Shown: piece by piece, positions 18,016 through 26,094 of the stretch
Layout: each line of letters opens with the position of its first letter
How positions within the stretch are numbered: the first letter of the stretch is position 1
DNA from: a virus
Lineage: Duplodnaviria; Heunggongvirae; Uroviricota; Caudoviricetes
DNA: 38,043 nucleotides
IMG/VR virus record: IMGVR_UViG_3300032245_001763
Coordinates: 64,001-102,043 of that record
Direction: 5' to 3' (one strand)
The notes under the pieces: model-generated
The model's database searches: none
The model's input: the letters and a program-made list of their open reading frames with translations, nothing else
Told to the model about the DNA's origin: nothing
Made by a program: the position numbers and the translations under genes

Positions 18016-19405
18016 TTATTTTATTGATTATTTTTTCTAGATTATGAAAATTTAAATATGATATGGTGTAAAGTTTAATTTTATTTTTTTTACACCATAC
18101 CTTTTTAATTTCATCTAATTTAATTGCTTTTAAATAGTTTTTATTTGCTTTGTTTTTGTTTATATTGCCAAAACGAACTGGATAATAGTGTTGTTGTCCT
18201 TGAAATTCAATTAAAATATTTTCTATCTTAAAATCAAATCGCAATGGAAGTTTGTTTCTACAATTGTCAAAACATACTTGTCGTTCATATTTTATTTTTT
18301 TCTTTTTTAGTAAATCTTCTATCTTATTTTCTCCAATAGAAGATTTACACATAGGACAATTTGTTCCTTCTTTGTAAAATCCTCCTATTGTTCTTTTACA
18401 ACAACTTGTTTTCCATTCATGACCTTTTTCGCAAATCCACCAATACTTTTTTGAACTTCCTGACAATATTTCATTTGGATTTGCATTTTCATTTTTTATT
18501 GGATGTAATTCTTTAGCGATTTTTGGAAATAATGTGGCTAAAGAATTATCTTTACAAACCTTTTGATTCATACAATATGGGCATTTATTTCCTTTTTTAG
18601 TTCTATTGAAACAACTTGTTTTCCACTCATGACCTTTTTTGCAAATCCACCAATATTTTTTATTAGATCCGTAAATTATGTCTTTTGAATTTATTGATCC
18701 GTTTTTTATTGGATGTAATTCTTTAGCGATTTTTGGAAATAGTGTGGCTAAAGAATTATCTCTACAAATTTTTTGATTTTTACAAAAAGGACAATTATTT
18801 CCATTTGTGCGATTAAATATAGATGTTTTCCATTCATGACCTTTTTCACAAATCCACCAATATTTTTTATTTGAAAAGCATCCAACATCATTTGGAGTTA
18901 AATTATTGTTTTTTGTTGGGTGCCAACTTTTCGCAACAATTGGGTTTTTTTCATTTAAACAATTATTGGTTGATACCAACCGTCCAGAACAATATGGGCA
19001 ATTATTGTTTCCATTTGTGCGATTAGATATTGAACTTTCCCACTCATGACCTTTTTCACAAATCCACCAACATTTTTTTCCTGAAGAGTATGATATGCCA
19101 TTTGGAGTTAAATTATTATTTTTTGTTGGGTGCCAACTTTTTGCAATATCTGGTCTTTTTAAAAGTAGGGAGTTGTTTTCTGAAACAACTCTTCCAGAAC
19201 AATATGGACAATTACTTTTAGATTTTGTTCGGCTTGCAACAGAGCTTTCCCACTCATGACCTTTTTCGCAAATCCACCAATATTTTTTATTTGAAAAACA
19301 TGTTATATCATTTGGAGTCAAATTATTATTTTTTGTTGGGTGCCAACTTTTTGCAACAATGGGAAACTTAATAGACAATTTATTCTCATCAGTCAATTTT
19401 CTCAT
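17984..19405 (-). CDS. Zinc-ribbon repeat (DUF4379-like, x5) plus C-terminal Vsr/DUF559-like endonuclease, putative homing endonuclease
   Basis: Five WWIC..GHEW...CP.C repeats, then GENKI...FDFKI...IEFQGQQHY. Confidence 0.8.
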   Translation of the reverse strand: MRKLTDENKLSIKFPIVAKSWHPTKNNNLTPNDITCFSNKKYWWICEKGHEWESSVASRTKSKSNCPYCSGRVVSENNSLLLKRPDIAKSWHPTKNNNLTPNGISYSSGKKCWWICEKGHEWESSISNRTNGNNNCPYCSGRLVSTNNCLNEKNPIVAKSWHPTKNNNLTPNDVGCFSNKKYWWICEKGHEWKTSIFNRTNGNNCPFCKNQKICRDNSLATLFPKIAKELHPIKNGSINSKDIIYGSNKKYWWICKKGHEWKTSCFNRTKKGNKCPYCMNQKVCKDNSLATLFPKIAKELHPIKNENANPNEILSGSSKKYWWICEKGHEWKTSCCKRTIGGFYKEGTNCPMCKSSIGENKIEDLLKKKKIKYERQVCFDNCRNKLPLRFDFKIENILIEFQGQQHYYPVRFGNINKNKANKNYLKAIKLDEIKKVWCKKNKIKLYTISYLNFHNLEKIINKIIKRHQIQQYI

Positions 19406-19556
19406 TGTTTTCCTCTAAATTTAAATAATTTACAATTAATTCTCGGATTAATGCTGATATTGTTTTATATTTTTTATTACAATTATATTCTAATTTCTCA
19501 TAAAGAGATTGTTGTATTAATACTCTTAGTTCTCGGCTTATTTTTTCTTTTTTCAT
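19389..19556 (-). CDS. Ribbon-helix-helix (CopG-like) DNA-binding protein
   Basis: AGGAG RBS before MKKEK. ELRVLIQQSLYEKL...TISALIRELIVNYL fits the RHH pattern. Overlaps the endonuclease start. Confidence 0.65.
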   Translation of the reverse strand: MKKEKISRELRVLIQQSLYEKLEYNCNKKYKTISALIRELIVNYLNLEENNEKID

Positions 19557-19757
19557 AATTGCTCCTATGTTATATAGTGAACATTGGAGTTTTTTTGATT
19601 TACTTTTTTCAAAATCTTTGTACAATATGTTTGCAATTTGTGTTGATGTTAATTAAATGCATAACAATTTAATTGTTCATAAAATGATTTAGGTTTATTA
19701 TTAGATTGGGATTTGTAATGCTTAAATGTGCAATTTACAATTAAGGGTTTTTATTAT

Positions 19758-20012
19758 ATGTTAGAAAAACAAATCAATGGCAAAACTGCAATTTACCCAG
19801 CAGACATTGCTAGAAAAAACAATTGGAAAGTTGGTGATATAATTGTTGGCGAAGAAGAAGGTAGATTGCCTTTAATTTGTGAAATTACAGCTATTGGAAA
19901 ACAAATGGTTTTAGGTTCTTTATCTAAAAATGGAGTAATTCAAAGTGATGAAGTTAGAATTCCATTAAATGATATTTTTATTAATTGGTCAAAAAAAGAA
20001 AATGTTTTTTAA
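19758..20012 (+). CDS. Hypothetical protein
   Basis: WKVGDIIVGEE...EITAIG. Start reassigned to ATG 19758. Confidence 0.55.
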   Translation: MLEKQINGKTAIYPADIARKNNWKVGDIIVGEEEGRLPLICEITAIGKQMVLGSLSKNGVIQSDEVRIPLNDIFINWSKKENVF

Positions 20013-20034
20013 ATTTAATTGAAAGGGTTTTAAA

Positions 20035-20739
20035 ATGTTAGATTACGATGATATTAAAGTTGTAGAAGATGTTGTGAATGACAACATGGGTTCTGGAAAA
20101 ATGTTCACTGCATACGATGTATCAATAAATGTTATTTCAAAATTGATATCTTCTGGAAAATACAATAAAGATGTGCATAAACACTCATTAATAAAGAGTG
20201 TTATTCATAATGTTGTGTCAGATTTGGCACCATTGTATTTTTATAAGAAAACACTTCATGTGGTGGGACAAAATGGTGAAAAAGCATTTGTTTATCATCA
20301 CACTAATAGTGATGTAAATACTTTTGTTCCTAAAGTTGGAAAAACAAAGATTGCATCAACTACAAGTGTTTCATCTCAATCGGTTTCAAGTATTTCATCT
20401 CAATCAACTACAAATGTTTGTTCTAATTCTGCTAGTTGTTCTAGTTCTAGTGGTTGTTCAGACGGTTGTAAAAAACAAGACTCCAGAGGAACTCTTTGTA
20501 TTCCAGCAACTTTATTGAGAGAAGTTGGAATATATGCTGGAAACACAGCATATGTTGTCAATGATGGTGGATCTATGGTTGTTTCAAAAAATGTTCCTAA
20601 TAAAGTTGCAGAGTATACTGTGGATTCTTATAATAACGTAAGAGTTACAAAAAGCGTATTGGATAAATTTTTTAGTAATACTCCAAGTGGATTTAAATTT
20701 ACAAAGTGTGCATCTGGAGTTGTTGTTAGTGCTGTTTAA
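20035..20739 (+). CDS. Protein with Ser-rich linker and C-terminal AbrB/MraZ-like swapped-hairpin domain(s)
   Basis: DSRGTLCIPATLLREVGI and TVDSYNNVRV resemble AbrB/MraZ repeats. Confidence 0.5.
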   Translation: MLDYDDIKVVEDVVNDNMGSGKMFTAYDVSINVISKLISSGKYNKDVHKHSLIKSVIHNVVSDLAPLYFYKKTLHVVGQNGEKAFVYHHTNSDVNTFVPKVGKTKIASTTSVSSQSVSSISSQSTTNVCSNSASCSSSSGCSDGCKKQDSRGTLCIPATLLREVGIYAGNTAYVVNDGGSMVVSKNVPNKVAEYTVDSYNNVRVTKSVLDKFFSNTPSGFKFTKCASGVVVSAV

Positions 20740-20751
20740 AGAAAGTTATAA

Positions 20752-21777
20752 ATGACAAGTTTAAGGTCTAAAATTACTGGTATGTTTTTTGGTGTTGCTA
20801 TTGGTGATGCATTAGGCAAACCAGTAGAAACTTTTTCTAAATCTAAAATAGATAAAACATTTGGAAGAATTACAAAATATGAATCTTCTAAACACCATAA
20901 ATGGTTTGATGGTGATGAAATTGGCACAATTACAGATGATACACAATTAACAATAGCTGTTGCAGAGTCGATAATTGAATCTAATGGTTTAAATATGGAT
21001 TCTATTGCAAAATGGCATGTTGATGCATTATCTGTAACAGATGCTGGTTGGGGTAATTCTACAAGATTGGCTGTAAAAAATCTTCAAAGTGGCATTAATT
21101 GGTCCAATTCTGCTATAAAGGGAGAAAATTATGGAGTTGGAAATGGGGTTGCGATGAAAGTTAGTCCCATTTCTGCTTATTATGTTATTAAATCTATTCA
21201 AAAAAATGATTATAATTTAATTATAGATAATGTTACCGATTTTCTAGTTAAGTTTAACAACATGACACATTTAAATCATGTTTCGTTAAAATCTACAGGA
21301 ACTATGTTTTCAGCATTTTCATATTGTCTTGCTGAAAATAATGGATTTAATCCGAATTTAATGAGCGAGAATTGTTTTTTATATTCATGTTTAAATCAGC
21401 ATAAATCAAATGATAATTATGAATTATCATTATCAAAAGATAATTTATCTTCAAGAATTTATGATTTATTTAAAAATTATAAAGATTATTCAGAATCAGA
21501 TATTATTGAAAAATATAATGGAGGTGGTTGTTACTGTTATGATAGCATTCCTTTTTCATTATATTTCTTCTTAAAAAATCCAAATTCTGTTGATTCTTTG
21601 TTTGAAGTGGTAAGTTCTGGTGGCGATACAGATTCGAATGGATCTATGGTTGGTGGTTTATTGGGTGCTTTAAATGGCGTGGAAATTTTCCCTCAATATT
21701 TAATTGATGGTCTTAAAGATAAAGAACAGATTTATTCTCTGGTTAATAGATTTTGTAGTGTGCTTGGAGTTGATTGA
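20752..21777 (+). CDS. ADP-ribosylglycohydrolase (DraG/ARH family)
   Basis: AIGDALG, TDDTQL, GNGVAMKVSP and GGDTDS. Confidence 0.9.
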   Translation: MTSLRSKITGMFFGVAIGDALGKPVETFSKSKIDKTFGRITKYESSKHHKWFDGDEIGTITDDTQLTIAVAESIIESNGLNMDSIAKWHVDALSVTDAGWGNSTRLAVKNLQSGINWSNSAIKGENYGVGNGVAMKVSPISAYYVIKSIQKNDYNLIIDNVTDFLVKFNNMTHLNHVSLKSTGTMFSAFSYCLAENNGFNPNLMSENCFLYSCLNQHKSNDNYELSLSKDNLSSRIYDLFKNYKDYSESDIIEKYNGGGCYCYDSIPFSLYFFLKNPNSVDSLFEVVSSGGDTDSNGSMVGGLLGALNGVEIFPQYLIDGLKDKEQIYSLVNRFCSVLGVD

Positions 21778-22193
21778 TGAAAAAGAAAGAAATTTTGTTT
21801 TTAGCTAATAAAACAAGAAATTTCATTATAACTAGATATAAATCTAGTGAAACTTTTTGTGCTATTTCATCATCTTTATTGAGTGTTGATTTACATGATG
21901 CTGAAATAAAACACGAAATTGTTGGAAACAATCGTCATGTTTTTTTAAAATTAAATGATTACATTTTAGATGTAACTGCTGATCAATTTGGATTTTATGA
22001 TCAAATAGAATTTTTTAAAATTTCTAATTTAAAAGAACACACGCCATATTATTGGAATATTGAGTTTGCATTCAAAGATTATAAAGAATTGGTTGAGTAT
22101 CAAAATATTAATTATTGGCCATTAGATCAAATTGTTAATCAGTATCATTTTAAGGCATATTATAAATTTGGCAACTGGAGAAAAGCATCTTGA
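21774..22193 (+). CDS. Hypothetical protein with possible papain/transglutaminase-like C-H-D triad
   Basis: FCAISS...RHVFL...LDVTADQF. Confidence 0.4.
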   Translation: MMKKKEILFLANKTRNFIITRYKSSETFCAISSSLLSVDLHDAEIKHEIVGNNRHVFLKLNDYILDVTADQFGFYDQIEFFKISNLKEHTPYYWNIEFAFKDYKELVEYQNINYWPLDQIVNQYHFKAYYKFGNWRKAS

Positions 22194-22744
22194 ATATATT
22201 TTTTTTACATGAAGATCCTGTTATTTCTGCTCGTTGGCTTATTGATCGTCATGTTGCTCATGGTAAAATGATTGTTGAATCATCTCAAATGTTGGCAAAT
22301 TGTTATTTACCTTCTCAATTAAACAGAGATGATTGTCCTAAAACTCAAAAAGGTGAATCTAGAACTTATGGTTATTATAATCATTGTTGTTCTAAGTGGA
22401 TTAGAGAATCTCTTTCCAATTTTAATTGGCTTTTAGAACATGCCCAAGAAATGGGTAGAGAAAGAATGTATAGAACTGGAAAAGATCATTTTTCTATTAA
22501 ATTTATTAATTGGTGTGCCAATAACACACCAAATATTAAAGATATAGGTTTGACAAAGCCAGCAATGGCGTTTAATAATTGCGATCAATTTAAAGATGAA
22601 AACAATATTACTCTTTCTTATAAAAAATTTTATGTTTTTGATAAACGATTTGATAAAAAAGGTAATAAAATGGATTTTTACACAAAAAGAGAACGTCCAA
22701 AATTTTGGGAGGAACTTTCTTATCTACTTGATAAAATTGCTTAA
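22190..22744 (+). CDS. Pyrimidine-dimer DNA glycosylase/endonuclease V (DenV)-like protein
   Basis: MNIFFL..DP..SA...DRHV..KMIVESSQML. TTG start with GGAG RBS. Confidence 0.7.
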   Translation: MNIFFLHEDPVISARWLIDRHVAHGKMIVESSQMLANCYLPSQLNRDDCPKTQKGESRTYGYYNHCCSKWIRESLSNFNWLLEHAQEMGRERMYRTGKDHFSIKFINWCANNTPNIKDIGLTKPAMAFNNCDQFKDENNITLSYKKFYVFDKRFDKKGNKMDFYTKRERPKFWEELSYLLDKIA

Positions 22745-22760
22745 TGTTAAAAATTAGTTA

Positions 22761-22808
22761 AAACTATTTATTGTTAAAATAATATGTTATTTTAACAATA
22801 AATAGTTT
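22761..22808. terminator. Perfect 22-bp inverted repeat with a 4-nt loop, probable terminator
   Basis: AAACTATTTATTGTTAAAATAA-TATG-TTATTTTAACAATAAATAGTTT in intergenic DNA. Confidence 0.55.
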
Positions 22809-22892
22809 ATCTTTTTAGCGGTTGTTGGCATCTTGATTTATTAAAATAATTTAAACCTATAAAAAGGATATTTTTTAATAAAAGGAGTTTTC

Positions 22893-23261
22893 ATGAGTCA
22901 ATTTACAACGCCATTAATAGGAGAATGGAATGATGAAATGACTATTTTTACGTTGAAAGAACCATTTGTTTATTATGTTGGCAAATTAAATTCTGGTGAG
23001 AAAATAGAAGTTCCTGCTGGATTCCCTACAGATTTTGCATCTGTTCCAAAAAAATTACATTGGTTATTGCCACCAACTGGTCGTTATGGTAAAGCTGCAG
23101 TTTTGCATGATTATTTGTATGAATATGGTATTGGCACTAAGGAAAAAGCAGATTATGTTTTTTATGAAGCAATGGGTGTTTTAAAAGTGCCTAATTTTAT
23201 TAGAAACATAATGTATTATGCTGTTAAAAAATTTGGTGTTGGAAACTTTAAAAGGAATTAA
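22893..23261 (+). CDS. DUF1353 domain protein
   Basis: VPAGFPTDFASVP, GKAAVLHDYLY and AD.VF.EAM. Confidence 0.8.
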   Translation: MSQFTTPLIGEWNDEMTIFTLKEPFVYYVGKLNSGEKIEVPAGFPTDFASVPKKLHWLLPPTGRYGKAAVLHDYLYEYGIGTKEKADYVFYEAMGVLKVPNFIRNIMYYAVKKFGVGNFKRN

Positions 23262-23265
23262 TATA

Positions 23266-23451
23266 ATGAAATTATCAAATAAAGATGTTCAAAACTTGCT
23301 TGAGTTGAGTGAAATTATGGGACTTTCTGTTTCCAAAACGATGCAGAAATCGTTACAATTGTTGTCTTGTTGTTTAAAACAAAGGAAAAATGGCAAAATT
23401 GCAATTGTTTCGTCGGAAAATAATATATTAAAAATGGTCAACTTTAACTAG
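23266..23451 (+). CDS. Small putative DNA-binding (CopG/RHH-like) protein
   Basis: AAGGA RBS before ATG 23266. LLELSEIMGLSVSKTMQKSL. Confidence 0.4.
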   Translation: MKLSNKDVQNLLELSEIMGLSVSKTMQKSLQLLSCCLKQRKNGKIAIVSSENNILKMVNFN

Positions 23452-23469
23452 TTTATATAGGAATATTTA

Positions 23470-23748
23470 ATGTTTGTTCCATTAATTGGAAATTGTTTTT
23501 GTTATGCGTATTTAATGAAAGCAATTTATGGTGGTCAAGTGTTTACTGTTGAAAATGAACCTTTTCATAAAGGCAGACAGGTTAAACACTATATGTTGAG
23601 AGACAAAAATGGTAAAGTGAGACATTTCAAAAGAATATTTAATTTTTTACCACCACCATTTTGTAATTTTATCTTTGTGGGTAAAATTGAAATTTCAGGT
23701 AATAAAAGAAATAAAAGGAGAAAAAATGAAGCCGTTCATGTAGGTTAA
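23470..23748 (+). CDS. Hypothetical protein
   Basis: GNCFCYA, basic C-terminus. The 3' end overlaps the RBS and start of the next gene. Confidence 0.55.
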   Translation: MFVPLIGNCFCYAYLMKAIYGGQVFTVENEPFHKGRQVKHYMLRDKNGKVRHFKRIFNFLPPPFCNFIFVGKIEISGNKRNKRRKNEAVHVG

Positions 23749-24076
23749 AAATTATGTTTATGTCGTAGTAAGGCAAGATTTGCCTTGTAATCAAGTTGTT
23801 GTGCAAACAGCACATGCAATTATGGAATTAGGAAGAAACAACAAGTTATCATTAGAGTTAGATCATCCTTATTTAGTTGTTTGTTCTTGTAAAGATGAAA
23901 AAGAATTAATTAAAATTTATAATGATATTATATCTAAAAATATAGAATGTTATAAATTTCATGAATCTGATATAGATGATCAATTAACAGCAATTGCTAC
24001 AGTTCCTGTTTTCCAGCAGGACAGAAAGCACTTCAAAAAGTTAAGATTACTTAATCTAGCTGGAGGTGCAACATGA
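23726..24076 (+). CDS. PTH2-like peptidyl-tRNA hydrolase with an in-frame TAG at codon 6 (23741-23743)
   Basis: AAAGGAG RBS, then ATG AAG CCG TTC ATG TAG GTT AAA AAT TAT GTT TAT GTC GTA GTA AGG CAA GAT TTG. YVVVRQDL...VVQTAHA...ESD...TAIA matches the PTH2 fold. Confidence 0.7.
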
Positions 24077-24642
24077 ATATAGAGCAATTAGCTATCGCAA
24101 TGTTACAATGCGAACAAACAAAAAATCAAACAGTATTTCAGCATGGAATTTCAGTTTTTAATTATTTCACTAATTTGGTTGAAAATGAAACTGATAATTG
24201 GAAAATTCCTTTGTGGTTTGAAGAAAACAAAAAAGAATTATTAGATAACATTTATGATTTAGAAACAATTAGTTTGTATACTAGGTTTCACGATTGTGGA
24301 AAACCATTTTGTAGAGAAGTAGATTCTGACGGAAAGGTTCATTTCCCCAACCATGCAGAAATTTCGAAAAAAATGTTTTTTGAAGCTACTAGCAATACAA
24401 TTGTTTCTAATTTAATTGGTTGGGATATGTGTCTTCACCAAGATTCTTCAATAGAAATACAAAAGAAATTAGAAAATGTTTGGTCGAAAAAAGATGCTTA
24501 TACATTACTTTTAGTTTCTTTATGTGAAATTCATAGTAATGCAAGTATGTTTGGTGGTATAGATAGCATTAGTTTCAAAAGTAAATGGAAGAAAATTGAT
24601 CAGAGAGGAAAACAAATAATAAAATATTATTTAAAATCATAA
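24073..24642 (+). CDS. HD-domain phosphohydrolase (similar to HD domains of CCA-adding/RNA end-healing enzymes)
   Basis: QHGISV, FHDCGKP and HFPNHA. ATGA-coupled to the PTH2-like gene. Confidence 0.75.
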   Translation: MNIEQLAIAMLQCEQTKNQTVFQHGISVFNYFTNLVENETDNWKIPLWFEENKKELLDNIYDLETISLYTRFHDCGKPFCREVDSDGKVHFPNHAEISKKMFFEATSNTIVSNLIGWDMCLHQDSSIEIQKKLENVWSKKDAYTLLLVSLCEIHSNASMFGGIDSISFKSKWKKIDQRGKQIIKYYLKS

Positions 24643-24649
24643 ATATGAT

Positions 24650-25516
24650 ATGAATTTTAAAGATTGGTATTTGTTTGAGAATTCAAACTTTAGACAAGTT
24701 TTATATCACGGAACTTGTCTAAAGTTTTTACCTTCTATTTTATCTCAAGGTTTAATTCCAAATATTAATAAAACTAATTGGAACCAAGACAGAGAATTGT
24801 CACTAACAAATAACGATCTAACTTCTTACGGTGGTGTTTATCTTGCAACTCAATTACGTTTTGCAAAATTTGCATCAACAAAATCTGCAAAAGAAAATAA
24901 AAGTGAGCCGATAATTGTTATTTGTTCTATAAATCAAAAAACAGCAATTTCAGATGAAGATTATGTTTTAATTCCAGCAATTTATGATCATAATTTATAT
25001 CAAAATTTAGTTTTATATAAATATTATTTGAACAAAAATAATAACGATTTAAAGGAATTTTATTTACAATCATATAATTCTTGGAAATCAAAATTGTTAA
25101 AATCTAATGATGTGACATCATTAAATGACAATTATTTAAAAAGAATTGATTTGGTATTAAAAGAATTGTTTTTTACAATTATTAAAAGAACTATTATTCT
25201 TAGTAAAAATGATAATTTAAATTATGATTGGTCAAGATTGTTTGATCAAAATGAGAAGATACCAGATTTACCTTCAAACATTCAAGAGGTAGAATTGATG
25301 TACAGGAAACTCCATGATCAATTATCTAAAATAATTAAAAGATTTGATTGGAGCATGAGGGTTATGTCCCCAATCAGATATTCAGGAACTAATAAAATTT
25401 TATCAATTGTTCAATTACTTGATGAGAACAATGTTAAAATTCATTATGGAACTATACCACAACAATTTATTGATGATTATAAAAATTTTATATCTGGAGA
25501 TATCAAATTTGTATAA
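24650..25516 (+). CDS. Putative ADP-ribosyltransferase-fold protein (H-Y type)
   Basis: LYHGT..FLPSILSQGL, GGVYLAT and DEDY. Confidence 0.55.
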   Translation: MNFKDWYLFENSNFRQVLYHGTCLKFLPSILSQGLIPNINKTNWNQDRELSLTNNDLTSYGGVYLATQLRFAKFASTKSAKENKSEPIIVICSINQKTAISDEDYVLIPAIYDHNLYQNLVLYKYYLNKNNNDLKEFYLQSYNSWKSKLLKSNDVTSLNDNYLKRIDLVLKELFFTIIKRTIILSKNDNLNYDWSRLFDQNEKIPDLPSNIQEVELMYRKLHDQLSKIIKRFDWSMRVMSPIRYSGTNKILSIVQLLDENNVKIHYGTIPQQFIDDYKNFISGDIKFV

Positions 25517-25532
25517 GTTTGATTGTACAATG
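25517..25532 (+). promoter_or_regulatory. Conserved 16-mer, copy 4
   Basis: Exact match, starting immediately after the upstream TAA. Confidence 0.75.
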
Positions 25533-25559
25533 TATGAATAACTTTTTTGTGGAGTTTTT

Positions 25560-26075
25560 ATGTTTCAAAAAGCAAATTATTCTTTTGAAGGTAAAACAAT
25601 AGTCGCAGAAACCGATGATGTTAAATATGTTTTGAACAGATTGCAAGATATAAGTAAAATAACTTTTTTAATTGACAATGTACAAGTTAAAGTTAAATTT
25701 AAAAGAAAAATGGCTTTAAAGATTAAAGAAGATCAAAAATGCATATCTTGTGGATTAGAAATTAATAAATTTTTGATAGGTAAATATTTGGAAGATACTG
25801 CTTGCTTAAATTTAGTTCCAGTAAATTTTGAAAATAATTTAACTATTTCATTTACTTTAGATCACAGAATACCAAAAGTCTGTGGAGGCAGTGATGATTT
25901 ATATAATTTGTGGCTAATGTGCTCGCAGTGCAATTTTGTTAAATCGCATTATAGAATTCCTTATTTGAATATTAAAGATATAAAAAAAGAATATTTTGAA
26001 ATTAAAAAAACTAATCATAAATTAGCAGGAGATTTCTTAGAGAAAGAAAGAAAAAAATACCTTTCATGGATATAA
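25560..26075 (+). CDS. HNH endonuclease
   Basis: CISC...LDHRIPKVCGGSDDLYNLWLMCSQCN. Confidence 0.8.
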   Translation: MFQKANYSFEGKTIVAETDDVKYVLNRLQDISKITFLIDNVQVKVKFKRKMALKIKEDQKCISCGLEINKFLIGKYLEDTACLNLVPVNFENNLTISFTLDHRIPKVCGGSDDLYNLWLMCSQCNFVKSHYRIPYLNIKDIKKEYFEIKKTNHKLAGDFLEKERKKYLSWI

Positions 26076-26094
26076 TATTATTTTGGAGTTTTTA

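Noticed and set aside
18062-18099. 11-bp inverted repeat downstream of the PARP
   Set aside because: It has a 16-nt loop and lies within the endonuclease coding sequence. It could be a PARP terminator, but the support is too weak.
17984-19556. Self-splicing intron carrying the endonuclease
   Set aside because: The PARP is complete up to its catalytic Glu and stop. The cassette is antisense and does not split a gene.
19611-19627. Possible ninth, degenerate motif copy (AAAATCTTTGTACAATA)
   Set aside because: Only TTGTACAAT is shared, and the invariant GTTTGA half is absent.
23741-23743. Pyrrolysine decoding of the TAG
   Set aside because: No pyl genes or tRNA-Pyl are visible. It cannot be supported from this window.
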